Positions 26,151 through 38,087 are shown, counted from the stretch's first letter. The stretch: 64,000 bases of DNA from Octopus sinensis (GCF_006345805.1 NC_043015.1:1860001-1924000); one strand, 5' to 3'. Numbers and translations are program-made. The notes: generated by a model from the letters alone, not told the origin.

Positions 26151-26265
26151 CTGAAAAATTGCATTGTGGGTCTGGCGTGGTGCAACATGGAAATGGACCG
26201 TGTATCATCAATAAAACCCAAAGAAATGGAAAAAACTGGTTTCGCATTGTTTTAATTGTAATAAT
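26151..26265 (-). CDS. First coding exon of a secreted or membrane protein (signal peptide); ATG at 26247
   Basis: tatttttcttcgacAG|ATTATTACAATTAAAACA-ATG...TTTTCAG|GTAAGT. Encodes MRNQFFPFLWVLLMIHGPFPCCTTPDPQCNFS + 1 nt (phase-1 intron), with an n/h/c signal-peptide layout. Confidence 0.7.
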
Positions 26266-26308
26266 CTGTCGAAGAAAAATAACATGATTTCTTTAAGATC
26301 ACAAAATG

Positions 26309-26589
26309 CGAGGTCTGATCAATAAGTATCAGGACTGTTGCCATAGTAACGAAGCTAAAACACACAGTGTAAAGCTGCTTGTTACAGATTGACCTTCATC
26401 TCTGCTGTGTATGCTCTCTAAGTCTTAACGTTCTAGCTCACTTCCCCTGTTTACAGCAGGGCTTGGAAGAAAGGTGTTTAGCGTGTGATCATTGCATGGT
26501 GAAGATCATCCTGTGCCAAGCGGCTTCATTCTGCGTGGTTTAGCTATGTTACTATGGCAACTATCCGGATATTTATTGATCAGATTACG
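26309..26589. mobile_element. Mariner-type MITE (~42-bp TIRs)
   Basis: CGAGGTCTGATCAATAAGTATCAGGACTGTTGCCATAGTAAC ... GTTACTATGGCAACTATCCGGATATTTATTGATCAGATTACG. The flanks TG/CA are consistent with a decayed TA. Confidence 0.8.
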
Positions 26590-26722
26590 CACGTAAGTTT
26601 CTTATGTGCATGAATAGCAATCAAGTGGCGAACATAATTAAAGGTAATTGCATATCATGCCGTGTGCATATGCGTACATACAAATATACGTAGGGAGAGA
26701 AGGAGAGAGAGAGACAGAGAGA

Positions 26723-26756
<34 letters not shown>

Positions 26757-26799
26757 GCTCGTGCGCGCACACTGATATATAGCATAACACATGAATAGT

Positions 26800-26965
26800 G
26801 TACATTATTTATATTATTTACATTATTTACATTCGACGGGTATTGTTTGTTGTTTACACAACGTTTCTGCTGATATACCCTCCAGCCTTCATCAGGTGTC
26901 TTGGGGAAATTTCGAACCTGGGTTCTCATTCCTAAGTTATTTTTTCGATGTTATTATTATTATTA

Positions 26966-27003
<38 letters not shown>

Positions 27004-27087
27004 GTGTTCAGGTCACTGCTGGGAATCGAACTCGGATCTTGGGATTAGTAGCCCGCGCTCTTAACCCCATACGCTTTTTGCCCGTGG
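26800..27087 (-). mobile_element. tRNA-headed SINE-like element carrying a PLE-type hammerhead (family E), most complete copy
   Basis: Minus strand: head GGGC..GGTTAAGAGCGCGGGCTACTAATCCCAAGATCCGAGTTCGATTCCCAGCAGTGACC, then (AAT)n, linker, HHR, and an AAATAATGT-rich tail. Confidence 0.75.
26856..26899 (-). ncRNA. Minimal type-I hammerhead ribozyme motif
   Basis: ACAC-CTGATGA-A-GGCTG-gagggtatat-CAGCA-GAA-ACGT-T^GTGT. Stem I is ACAC/GTGT, the stem III element is palindromic ACGT, and there is one stem-II mismatch (CAGCC in the other copy). Confidence 0.7.
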
Positions 27088-27090
27088 TTA

Positions 27091-27108
27091 AGCAGTGACA
27101 ATGTTTGT

Positions 27109-27161
<53 letters not shown>

Positions 27162-27364
27162 CAACAACAACAACAACATCATCGAAAAAATACCTTAGGA
27201 ATGAGAACCCAGGTTCGAAATTTCCGGCAAGATACCCGAAGAAGGCTGGCGGGTATATCAGCCGAAACCTTGTGTTAACATCAAACAAGATAAGAACAAA
27301 TATACGTCGAATGTAAATAATGTAAATAATGTACAGAATTCCTTGTATCTTAAATATAGAACTG
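27091..27364 (+). mobile_element. Family E element, 5'-truncated inverted copy
   Basis: Starts at AGCAGTGAC (end of the head), then (AAT)n, the same linker, and an HHR with mutated core CCGAAGA..GGCTG/CAGCC-GAAAC at 27232-27275. The tail ends AAATATAGAACTG. Confidence 0.75.
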
Positions 27365-27795
27365 GACATGAACATTGGTTTCAAATTTTGGCACAACACA
27401 AACAACTTCGAAGGAAGGGGTCAATCGATTACATCGATCCCAGGGCGTAACTGGTACTTATTTTATCGACTTCGAAAGGATGAAAAATGATGCCGACCTT
27501 AGCAGAATTTGAACACAGAACATAAAGACAGACGAAATACCGATAAGCATTTTTCCCGGAGTGCTAACGATCCTGCCAGCTGACCGCCTTATGTATTTGG
27601 ATATGAATATTGATTTCAAATTTTAGCACAACGCCAGCAATTTTAGGGGAGGGATAAGTCGATTAAACTGACCCCAGTAATCAGACAAATACGACCTCGG
27701 CGGAATTTGAACTCAGAACACAGCGATAGATGAAATGCTGCTAAAGAATTTGTCCGGCATGCTAACGATTCTGCCACCTCATCGCCTTCAATGGA
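27365..27795 (-). mobile_element. Two tandem diverged family-A SINEs
   Basis: Two bodies, each with the tail ..GTGCCAAAATTTGAAA(C/T)CAAT on the minus strand. Confidence 0.8.
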
Positions 27796-28319
27796 CATGA
27801 ATATCAAAATTCGGAAGACAGAGGTTTTAGAATATTTACATATATTGCCTAAATTCTGAGTTCAAATCTCATGCTTGCCGACATTTAAGTTTTCAACCCT
27901 TAGATTTCGATAAAATAAAGCAAAAAAACAAACAAAAAGAAATAAATGGAATGGATAATGAATCAATCGATTTTAGTCTTTCTCTCTAATTCACAGTGCT
28001 GACTGGATAAAAAAAAATCAAATCAATACTTTCACAATTATACAGCTCATGGGACCCCAACATGCTTATTACCCGCTGACTTGGAATGAATTCAAGAAAA
28101 AATAAAAACTCATAACTATTTTGTACATTGTTAAAGAAATCAATATATATAATCATCGTACCTTTTAAGAAAGCGTAACAGGAGAGTACCACGTCCGAAT
28201 ACTAAAATATCAGTCAGCTTTTCGCAATACTATATTTCAGTTGTTCGACTATCTCTTTAACATCTATATTATCAACACACACACACACGGACGCACATAT
28301 TTATTTATTTACTTATATT

Positions 28320-28750
28320 CGTTTCTACTCTTGGCACAAGGCTCAAAATTTTGGCGGGAGGGGGCCAGTCGATTACATCGAACCTCACCATGCAACTGGT
28401 ACTTAATTTATCGAACCCGAAAGGATGAAAAGCAGATTCGACCTCGGCGGAATTTGAACTCAGGACGTAAAGGCCGACTAAATACAACTAAGCATTTCGC
28501 CTGGCGTGCTAACTGTTCTTATTTCTTTATTACCCACAAGGGGTTAAACATAGATGGGACAAACAAGGACAGACAAACGGATTAAGTCGATTACATCGAC
28601 CCTAGTGATAACTGGTACTTATTTAAATCTACCCAGAAAGGATGAAAGGCAAAGTCGACCTCGGCGGAATTTGAACTCAGAACGTAACGGCAGACGAAAT
28701 TCGGCTACGCATTTCGCCCGGCGTGCTAAGGTTTCAGCCAGCTCGCCGCC
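28320..28750 (-). mobile_element. Two tandem family-A SINEs (tail a and tail b)
   Basis: 28320-28512 has tail a; 28515-28750 has tail b. Confidence 0.85.
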
Positions 28751-28819
28751 TTGTTTATTTACTTGTATGTTTTGTAAGAGTAAAGAACATTGTTAAATAT
28801 CGGTAAATATTAAATGTTC

Positions 28820-29195
28820 TTGAACTGGCAGAATTCATAGCTCACCGGGAAAAATATTTAGCAGTGTTTCATCCGTAGTTTCAATTCCGCCGAGGTCATC
28901 TTCACCTTACATCTTTTCCGGGTCGATGAAATAAGTACCAGAAGAGCACTATGGTCGATGTAATTGAAAAGCCCCTTCACTCGAAATCGCTGACCTTGTG
29001 CTGCGATATGAAACAAATACTAAATTTTCCTGAGCTGCTAGAATCGTTAGCACGCCGGGCAAAATATTTAGCGGCTGAACTCCAATTTCATCCTTTCGAA
29101 GTGGATGAAATAAATACCAGTAGGCCACTGGGGTCGATGTAGTCGAATTGCACTTTGCCTCGAAATTGCTAGCCTTATGCTAAGATTTGAAATCA
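28820..29195 (+). mobile_element. Two degenerate family-A SINEs
   Basis: Heads at ~28820 and ~29030, with internal deletions. Confidence 0.7.
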
Positions 29196-30479
29196 ATATT
29201 AAATTTTTTTGCACAGGTACGCACTCACTTATGCAAACACACGTATATGTAAAATTTAAATGTCAATAATTGTGAAACAACCATCTGATAAATAATTTTT
29301 TGCATGCGATAATCTTGTCAAAATGCAAACAAAAATAAAAGAGTATATATAAATATATATATATTACCTAATTGTCGATCAGGCTATGAATTTTCTGTCC
29401 GCTTTCTTTCTTGATGTGTGTGTTACTTGAAGTGTCAGTAATTATGAACAATAGATGTTATATCAGAAAAAATGCTGTTCGACTGAAGTAGGAATATGAC
29501 AGATTGTAAAATTATTTTTGTTTTACTTAAATGTTTAGCTCGAAATGTCAGTACCCTCTTAGTCACGCGAAATACGATCTTATCAAAATGTGTAGTTCAC
29601 TGACAAATTAGTTGTACTTAGGTATTTTTTCCTCCCTCATTCTTGATGCAAATCATCTGGAGGTCACCATCAACATTCCAGTCTTTCGTTGTTTGACGAC
29701 TAATGTACGTGTTAAATACTTTAACCGATTATAACTGCCATCAAAATCTATGTCATAACGGAAATGTAAATAACCAAAGCGTCTAAATATTCACCAGATT
29801 TAGCTGAATATTTATATTTCAAATTTTAAGTAATAAGGCGACCATCTCCACCGTGACAGCAACAGCAAAGTGATTGTTTCTCCTTATTGACCGCTCATTT
29901 TTGATACATTATTATTATTATTAATAATGGTTTTCTTATTCTCTTAGTTCAGATCCTGCCGTGGTCTTTGGAATAAATGTTAGACTTGCATCAGGTTTGA
30001 CTATATCTAACTGGATTTGTACCACTATTCAACTGAAAAAAAAAGAAAAAAAAAAAGAAAAGCAACATGGCCTTGTGCCTATGCTAGATTTTGTAATAAG
30101 TATTAGAAAAAAGAATTTTGCAGACGATAGCTAAAACGCTAAGTACGTTTTTTAAAAATTTTTTACTTTTAATACTTGAAAGAATATACTAGTAAAAAAC
30201 CCGCCAAGCTCACATACACAAATACAGTCACATATTCGAACACTTAGACATACACACACACATACAAACACATATACAAGCATACATAGATAAACACACA
30301 TATATGAACATAAGCACTACCTCTATTTATTTATTTAGTAGATATTTATTTTATATACTCGTTTGTTTATTTGTCTGAAAGTGGGTTGGCTCAATGGAAA
30401 TGATAGCTTTAAAATACCATTATAGTGTTTCTACTTGAAGTGTTTTTTTTTTTGTAGAATAGTCTTTTATTTTAGTTTT

Positions 30480-31375
30480 ATCGTTGCTAATTTTCTATTC
30501 TTTGTCTGACTCCGTTGTTACGTTCTTTACATGTCTTCTCTCTCTCTCTCATCCACGACTTTTCTCTTTTATACCTTGCATTTTTCGTTCTCTTCATTCT
30601 TTCATTCTCACTCTCTCAATCTATCTGTCTTTTTTTAATAATTCAACCTCACCTATTCTCTCTCTCTCTCTCTCTTTCTCTCTCACTCGCTCGCTCTGTA
30701 TCTGTCTTTCAATCTTTCATCTCTCCCCCTCACTGTCTTCTCTCTCTCTCCCTTCTCTCTCTCTGCCAATATTCCTCCTTTTTTCTCCGTCTCTGTTAGT
30801 GATACTTTCATATTGTCTTTCTCATTCTTCTTTTTCTCCCATTTTGTCGCATTTTCATTCTTCCTATATCATACTATTTCTGTTTCAAATCTCCCTCTCT
30901 CCTCCACTTTCTCTTCCTTTCTCTGCCCTTATATACCTCCCAGTCTCCTCCACACCATTTTCTTCCTATATGGCTCTCTTTATCCGTCTATTAATCTATT
31001 TGTCTCCCCCTCTCTCTCTCTCTCTGTAACTTTGTACATCTCTCTTTGTCCTTCCATCTCTCTCTTTTATTTTCTTTATCTCTTTATCACCCTCAATCTC
31101 CCCAACATTCTTTCACCTATGTATTTGACTTCATTTGTCTTTGTCTCTCTTTGTGCATCTCTCTCACATCTTCCTCTCCTTTTTGCACTTAAAACCCTCC
31201 TCGCTTTCTCTCTAACTCACTTTCTTTACATGTATTTATCTGACTCTGCCATAAACTCTTACCTCTTCACTATTAGCATTTATCTCCCCTTTTCTTTTTA
31301 TTTTATCATTCTATTTCTTGCTGTCTCTGCTAAACTGAATAAGATTTTCATTATAGCTCCAACCCTCTCTTTTTT
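30480..31375. repeat. ~900-bp pyrimidine-rich (CT) low-complexity tract
   Basis: Strongly C/T-biased plus strand; abuts the gap. Confidence 0.9.
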
Positions 31376-31475
31376 NNNNNNNNNNNNNNNNNNNNNNNNN
31401 NNNNNNNNNNNNNNNNNNNNNNNNNNNNNNNNNNNNNNNNNNNNNNNNNNNNNNNNNNNNNNNNNNNNNNNNNNN
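31376..31475. other. Assembly gap (100 N)
   Basis: Run of N. Confidence 1.
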
Positions 31476-31755
31476 GTATTTCGTCTGCCGTTTCGTTCTG
31501 AGTTTAAATTACGCCGAGGTTGACTTTGCCTTTCATCCTTTTGGGATCGATTAAATAAGTATCAGTTACGCACTGGCATCGATATAATCGACTTAATCCT
31601 TTTCTCTGTCCTTGTTTGTCCTCTCTGTGTTTAGCCCCTTGTGGATAGTAAAGAAATAGGTATTTCGTCTGCCGTTACGTTCTGAGTTCAAATTCCGCCC
31701 TTAATTCATTTGGAATCGATTAAATAAGTACCAGTTGCGCACTGGGGTCGATACA
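31476..31755 (+). mobile_element. Family-A SINE (tail b) followed by a partial tandem copy
   Basis: The tail AAAGAAATAG continues into GTATTTCGTCTGCCGTTACG of a second body. Confidence 0.85.
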
Positions 31756-32804
31756 ACCGACACACACATACATATGTATGTATTATACAGCACGATGATG
31801 GAAAATATCAGGCTCTTAAAATAGGATACCGCAACACTTGTGTCTGCACTGGACACCAGTTTTAAGTATGTGTGTTTACATTTCTATGTCACTATATCAG
31901 ACTATTCATTGTAACTACTATGTAGTTAAATACATCCGTAACAGTTGTATCTTGGCCCATACACACAGCTGTTTCGGAACATATATTCATTGAATATTTG
32001 TTTATTGAAAAATTAGAACACCCCTAAATAAGAACGCATAACCAACTTTGGTCTCAGTTTTTTATTTTAATTCATGTTCACATAGCCATCAATGTAAATA
32101 TTTCATCCTACTACTTTAGCTTTTCAGTTTTGTATATTTATTTTTCTCCTTCTAAAAAAGAGCACTTAACTCATATGTCCCGAATGATAACGATAACCAA
32201 TTACCTCCACTTAGATTTTTCTACTTGTTGATTCATTTCATTCACAAATTCCAATACACAACATGGATCAAAATCTTCTTACGAAAATACGAAATTGCAT
32301 TAATTTCAATTTCATTATTAATGAAAGGGAAACCGGTTGACCTACAATATTCTTTCTCTTATAAAAAATATATAAAATATATATTAAAAATATGTAAACT
32401 GTGTGAATTTTCCTTCTATCGTATTTTATGTATTTTATACATTGCATCTCACCAAGTGGGGATAGTCGAAGCTCTCCTCCTTTCATTTTCTTACTATATA
32501 TATATAAGAAGAAAGTATTGAACGAATACCATAGTAACATTGAGGTGCATTCTAGATTACAGCTAAGAGCTTCAAGTAGCAATAATCATCCGTTGGAGGA
32601 GGATGGCTAAACATATGCTCAGGAGACCATGCTGGGTTCCGTGCGCAACTTCATGCACTCTATCTAGCGGAAACTTTACGCTGTATGAACAAATTCCTGA
32701 GCTTCGTACTTGATGTGTATATATATATATTATATATTATATATATATATATATTATATATATAATATATATATATAATATATATATATATATATAATAT
32801 ATAT

Positions 32805-32884
<80 letters not shown>

Positions 32885-32967
32885 TATATATATACATATA
32901 TATATGTATATATATATTATATATATATATATATGTATGTATAATATATATAATATATATATATATA

Positions 32968-33230
32968 TAGACCAGGGCACAGACCAGGGCACGTCAAAAA
33001 AGAAACTGACCACGCAAAATTCAAGAAGTCTTTGGACAAATTCCTTCAAACAGTACCGGACAAACCACCCACACCCGGATACGTCTCCGCAAACAATAAC
33101 TCTCTGCTCGAATGGGCCTTGGTGCCCAAATCCTGAACTGAAAGACTTCGCCTGGTGGTGCTATTAAGTTAGACATGGCCTGGACCAATACTGGCCAAAA
33201 CCTTTCTAAGTTATTTTAAGTAGATATATA
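32968..33230 (+). mobile_element. CR1-type LINE extreme 3' end
   Basis: [38 protein letters not shown], followed by a short UTR. Confidence 0.75.
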
Positions 33231-34032
33231 TGTATACATATATTTATATAAAAATTGAGAGAGAAGGAAAGATAGATAGATGAATACACAAACACACATG
33301 CACACACATATGAACCATATAGGCAGGGGAATGTGTACGTTGCTGTGAATGTATTATGTTAATATACCTGTTATATGTATATAAAACCTATATAACTCAA
33401 CATACGAACACACGCACGTATATATCTATGTTTGATATTGTTGTATGTGTTTGTGTGTGTGTGTGTTTGTGCGTATGTGCAAACACAGATCGATTGAAGA
33501 CTATATTGAATGAAAAATACCGACGTGTAAAAAGTTGATGTAAAGACATATGAATTTCGAAAAATTTTAATCAAATGTAACAAAACAAAAATTGAAATAT
33601 GAGCACCAAGTACAAAGCAGCAACAACAACAGTAACAACGATATGACAAATATAGCAACACCACAACGACAACAACAACACTATTTTATACAACGCATCC
33701 TGTAAACTGGAGGGTGTATTGTCGAGCATTGTCGAAGTAGGACATAAAATTGAAGTCTGTAAAATTTTTTGGAGAAACATATAAAAGAAAAACAAACTAA
33801 AAACATAGGCTTTATATATAAAGATAATACGGGATTTCTGTTCTTTTGTTAATATTTGCTGAGCGTCAAGATATATTCTTGCACATTTCCGAGGAAAACC
33901 AATATATTGTCTCCTGTCTCCTGCCAGAGGTATCATGTATGTAATTATGTATGCATGTATGTGTATATACATATATTATATATATATACATATATACATA
34001 TATATATATATTATATATAATTATATATATGC

Positions 34033-34064
<32 letters not shown>

Positions 34065-34073
34065 TATATAATA

Positions 34074-34122
<49 letters not shown>

Positions 34123-34800
34123 ATGTATGTATGTATATATATAAATACAAAGGAGTGAGTGAATACATGTGTGTGGTGGAACTTTACGTGCAAATACCCA
34201 CATAAATGTATGTGTGTTTGTGTCTATATAAGTTCATGTGTATGTCTGCATGTATGTATTCGTGTGTCTGAGTTTGTGCATGTGTGATGATATATCTATA
34301 TCTATCTATATATATATACATATATGCATACATACTCACACACACACACACACAAATATATATATATATATATATATATGTGAGTGTAAAAAAGGGGAAT
34401 GGTCGCAAACACACATACATATAATGATAGATACATATATACATGTGCATGTTTGTGTGTGTGCATGTGTATGTATGCGTGTGCGCATATCAAAGCCAAT
34501 ACATATATTTTTTGTGTGTTATTTTTTCCGGTGTGTGTATATTTTGGTTAGGTTTTTCTATAGAATAATATGGCGAAATCCAGGCAGAGCTTTATGTGGT
34601 CGGTAAACAACAGAATTTATGAATTTATGATGTCGTCCTAGCAACAGATTCGAAATACAAGGATAATATAGAAGGAAGAAATGAAAAAAAAGAAAATATA
34701 CATATTCATACGTATATACATATAAGCATATTTATATATAAAAATACGTATACATATATATATATATTATATATATATTATATATATATATATATGTATG

Positions 34801-34832
<32 letters not shown>

Positions 34833-34893
34833 CGTACGTGTACATATATATATAATATATGTATATACATATAGATACATATACACACATCTA

Positions 34894-34953
<60 letters not shown>

Positions 34954-35270
34954 TGCATGTATTTATATATATATATGTGGAATATCATGGCTGGAGATAA
35001 AAATTGTAAGGAACGAAGCAATAAAAAAAGAATAACGGAGATTCAGATTGAAAGTGGACGTGAAGTATAATAACATTATGTACAGGAAAATATAACAGAG
35101 TCTGTAGCATTGAATAATAGAAAAATATGTAAGATGGACGACATGCTGAACATCAATAGTTGTATGGTTGCTTATCTGCTTACTTGTGTACGTGACATAT
35201 GTAAGGAGGATGCGGACATATAGATTTCGAAGGAGGAACACACGTATGTAGATTGATACGTATGTATATG

Positions 35271-35318
<48 letters not shown>

Positions 35319-35363
35319 TATATACATAAACAGACAGACATACACACACACACACACACACAC

Positions 35364-35407
<44 letters not shown>

Positions 35408-35537
35408 TAATATATATATAGATAGATTATATATAGATATATATATATAGATAGATACATACTTGCTGGAATACATGTCTCAAAGCCTACATATATATAT
35501 GAAACATGCATATATATATATAGAGAGAGAGATAGAT

Positions 35538-35568
<31 letters not shown>

Positions 35569-35580
35569 GGATAGATAGAC

Positions 35581-35658
<78 letters not shown>

Positions 35659-35779
35659 TAGAGAGATATAGATAGATAGATTGATATGTAGATAGATATA
35701 TGCTTGCTGGAATACATGTCTTTAAGCTTACATCTTTATACGAAATATACATATGAAACAAGCTTACATATATATATAT

Positions 35780-35841
<62 letters not shown>

Positions 35842-36272
35842 TGTAAATGGATGCATATTTGCATATATATTTTTGCTCCAAAAATATACGAGCAACATGT
35901 TTCCTTTTATTCACGGTTCATTAAAATACACGGCTACGTTCGACGTCTCTTTTTTTATTGTATACCTTTTCGTATTAACTTCATATTACTCTTTGCTTTT
36001 TTTAATAATAGTAGCGCCCTTTTTGTACGTATCTGCACAGTCTTATTATGAAACGTTGAACTCATTATTGTATGGCTTCATATTTATTTTGCGAATCAAT
36101 TCTTGTAGTCTTTCCACAAAATATATATATCTCAGTCGTATTTTTAACAATACATTGGCACACAAAAGAGATAAACAAACAGATACTGACCCACACATAG
36201 ATATATGCGTATCCATTGTTGGAACGCTACTGTCTGTTGTATATATTAATGACATAAATATCAGCTTGAGGA

Positions 36273-37019
36273 ATGTTGAAATTTGCAGATGATATCAATC
36301 TCTACCGCGAAATAAAAAGAAGAGATCCTATACGATATAGAGCGTACCTGCAATCAGACCTCGACACGGTTCAGCAATGGATCTCTGACTGGCAACTCAA
36401 GCTAGCTGTGTATAAGTGCGTTACCATGCACATTGGGAGAAAAAAACACCCTTTACATACTTCTTCAGCAACACCAGTCTCAAGAAATCTTCTAGCGAAC
36501 GTGATTTTGGTGTCATTGTATACAGCAATCTACGTTGGACAAACGACGTTTCTGAGATTATCAAGAAGCCTGAGGATATCCTAGCATCACTAAGTAAGAC
36601 ATTTGTCAGCCGCTCTCCGCCTACATATCAAGATTTATATATGACAACGGTAGTCCTTACTTAGAATTTACAACACCAGTCTGGAGGCTATATCTTGTTC
36701 AGCATACAAATCTCCTAGAAAGTGTTCAGAAACTTGCAACAAAACGAATATCCGTCGTCAGGCATACACCGTAATCTGAAAGTTCCGCCTCCCTGTGCAT
36801 GGAAACATGGAAACTCACACGTCTGGCTACTGACTTAGTAGATGCCCGAAAATATATCTACCACCTTTCCAACATCAGCCTTAATCACCATCTTCAATAC
36901 ATTATGTAAATTACCCGTGGACAAGCTCAGTAAGTTAAAAGATAATACAGCAAGTATGACTTTCGGAAGTATTCTGTCAGGCTCAGAACTTTTGAAGCAT
37001 GGAATAAACTACCCACACA

Positions 37020-37020
<1 letters not shown>
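36273..37020 (+). mobile_element. CR1-clade LINE RT C-terminal fragment
   Basis: KFADDINLY, LQSDLDTVQQWISDWQLKL..KC..MHIG, ERDFGVIV, LESVQKLATKRI and EAWNKLP, with frameshifts. Confidence 0.9.
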
Positions 37021-37100
<80 letters not shown>

Positions 37101-37101
37101 C

Positions 37102-37146
<45 letters not shown>

Positions 37147-37183
37147 ATATCTATCTATCTATATATCTATCTATCTATCTATC

Positions 37184-37223
<40 letters not shown>

Positions 37224-37246
37224 TATATATATAATATATATCTATA

Positions 37247-37288
<42 letters not shown>

Positions 37289-37358
37289 GCATACTTACAC
37301 ATACATACATACACACACACACTCACACACACACACACATATTATATATATATATATA

Positions 37359-37389
<31 letters not shown>

Positions 37390-37581
37390 CTGTGTATGTA
37401 TATAATATTATATTAAGACATATATACATAATTATAACAAGAGATTGGTAAATACGCCTCGCAACGAGCTGGAAACAGACGCCAAATGTCGCTAAGATCA
37501 CCTTATTTTATTTTCATGCTGAACTCCTTGTGAACTCATGAATGATTTCATCCTTTATGATATAATTAATATATAGACATA

Positions 37582-37615
<34 letters not shown>

Positions 37616-37616
37616 C

Positions 37617-37679
<63 letters not shown>

Positions 37680-37681
<2 letters not shown>

Positions 37682-38084
37682 ATAATAATAAATATTAGGG
37701 AATAAATCCAAATTTACAGGGAAAAATCAGATTTAGGATTGAATCCAATTTTATAGTAAAATATTATATTATATTAAATTAGAGACAAAACCACTATTAT
37801 GCAAATCAAACAAAGAAAGACTTAAGCCAATACATAAAATAATTTATATAAATTTAGAAATTTAACAATTATAAATAACCACTACGATCGTTTCATGTCT
37901 TATTTCAGCACATCTTTGAGACATTCTTCAGGTGGTTTCAAAACCTTCTTGGTTTTGAAACGACATGAAACGATCGTAGTGGTTATTTATAATTGTTAAT
38001 TTCTAAATTATATAAATTATTTTATGTATTGGCTTAAGTCTTTCTTTGTTTGATTTGCATAATAGTGGTTTTGTCTCTAATTTA

Positions 38085-38087
<3 letters not shown>
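37680..38087 (-). mobile_element. Foldback PLE-type non-autonomous element, copy 2
   Basis: Tail 37680-37870 is the reverse complement of the 25620-25832 family. Inverted arms are 37773-37899 and 37962-38087. Confidence 0.75.
37877..37937 (-). ncRNA. Minimal type-I hammerhead ribozyme motif, intact
   Basis: AACCAC-CTGAAGA-ATGTCT-(18 nt)-AGACAT-GAAAC-GATC-GTA^GTGGTT. It has a 6-bp stem I, a 6-bp stem II, a 2-bp stem III with palindromic loop and a GUA triplet. Confidence 0.85.

Noticed and set aside
30484-31523. Hydrophobic 181-236 aa ORFs resembling membrane proteins
   Set aside because: Artefact of the CT-rich tract (no stops possible); one ORF runs through the N gap.
33600-33760. Minus-strand acceptor followed by FNFMSYFDNARQYTLQFTG
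   Set aside because: No donor before the stop; it continues into low-complexity sequence.
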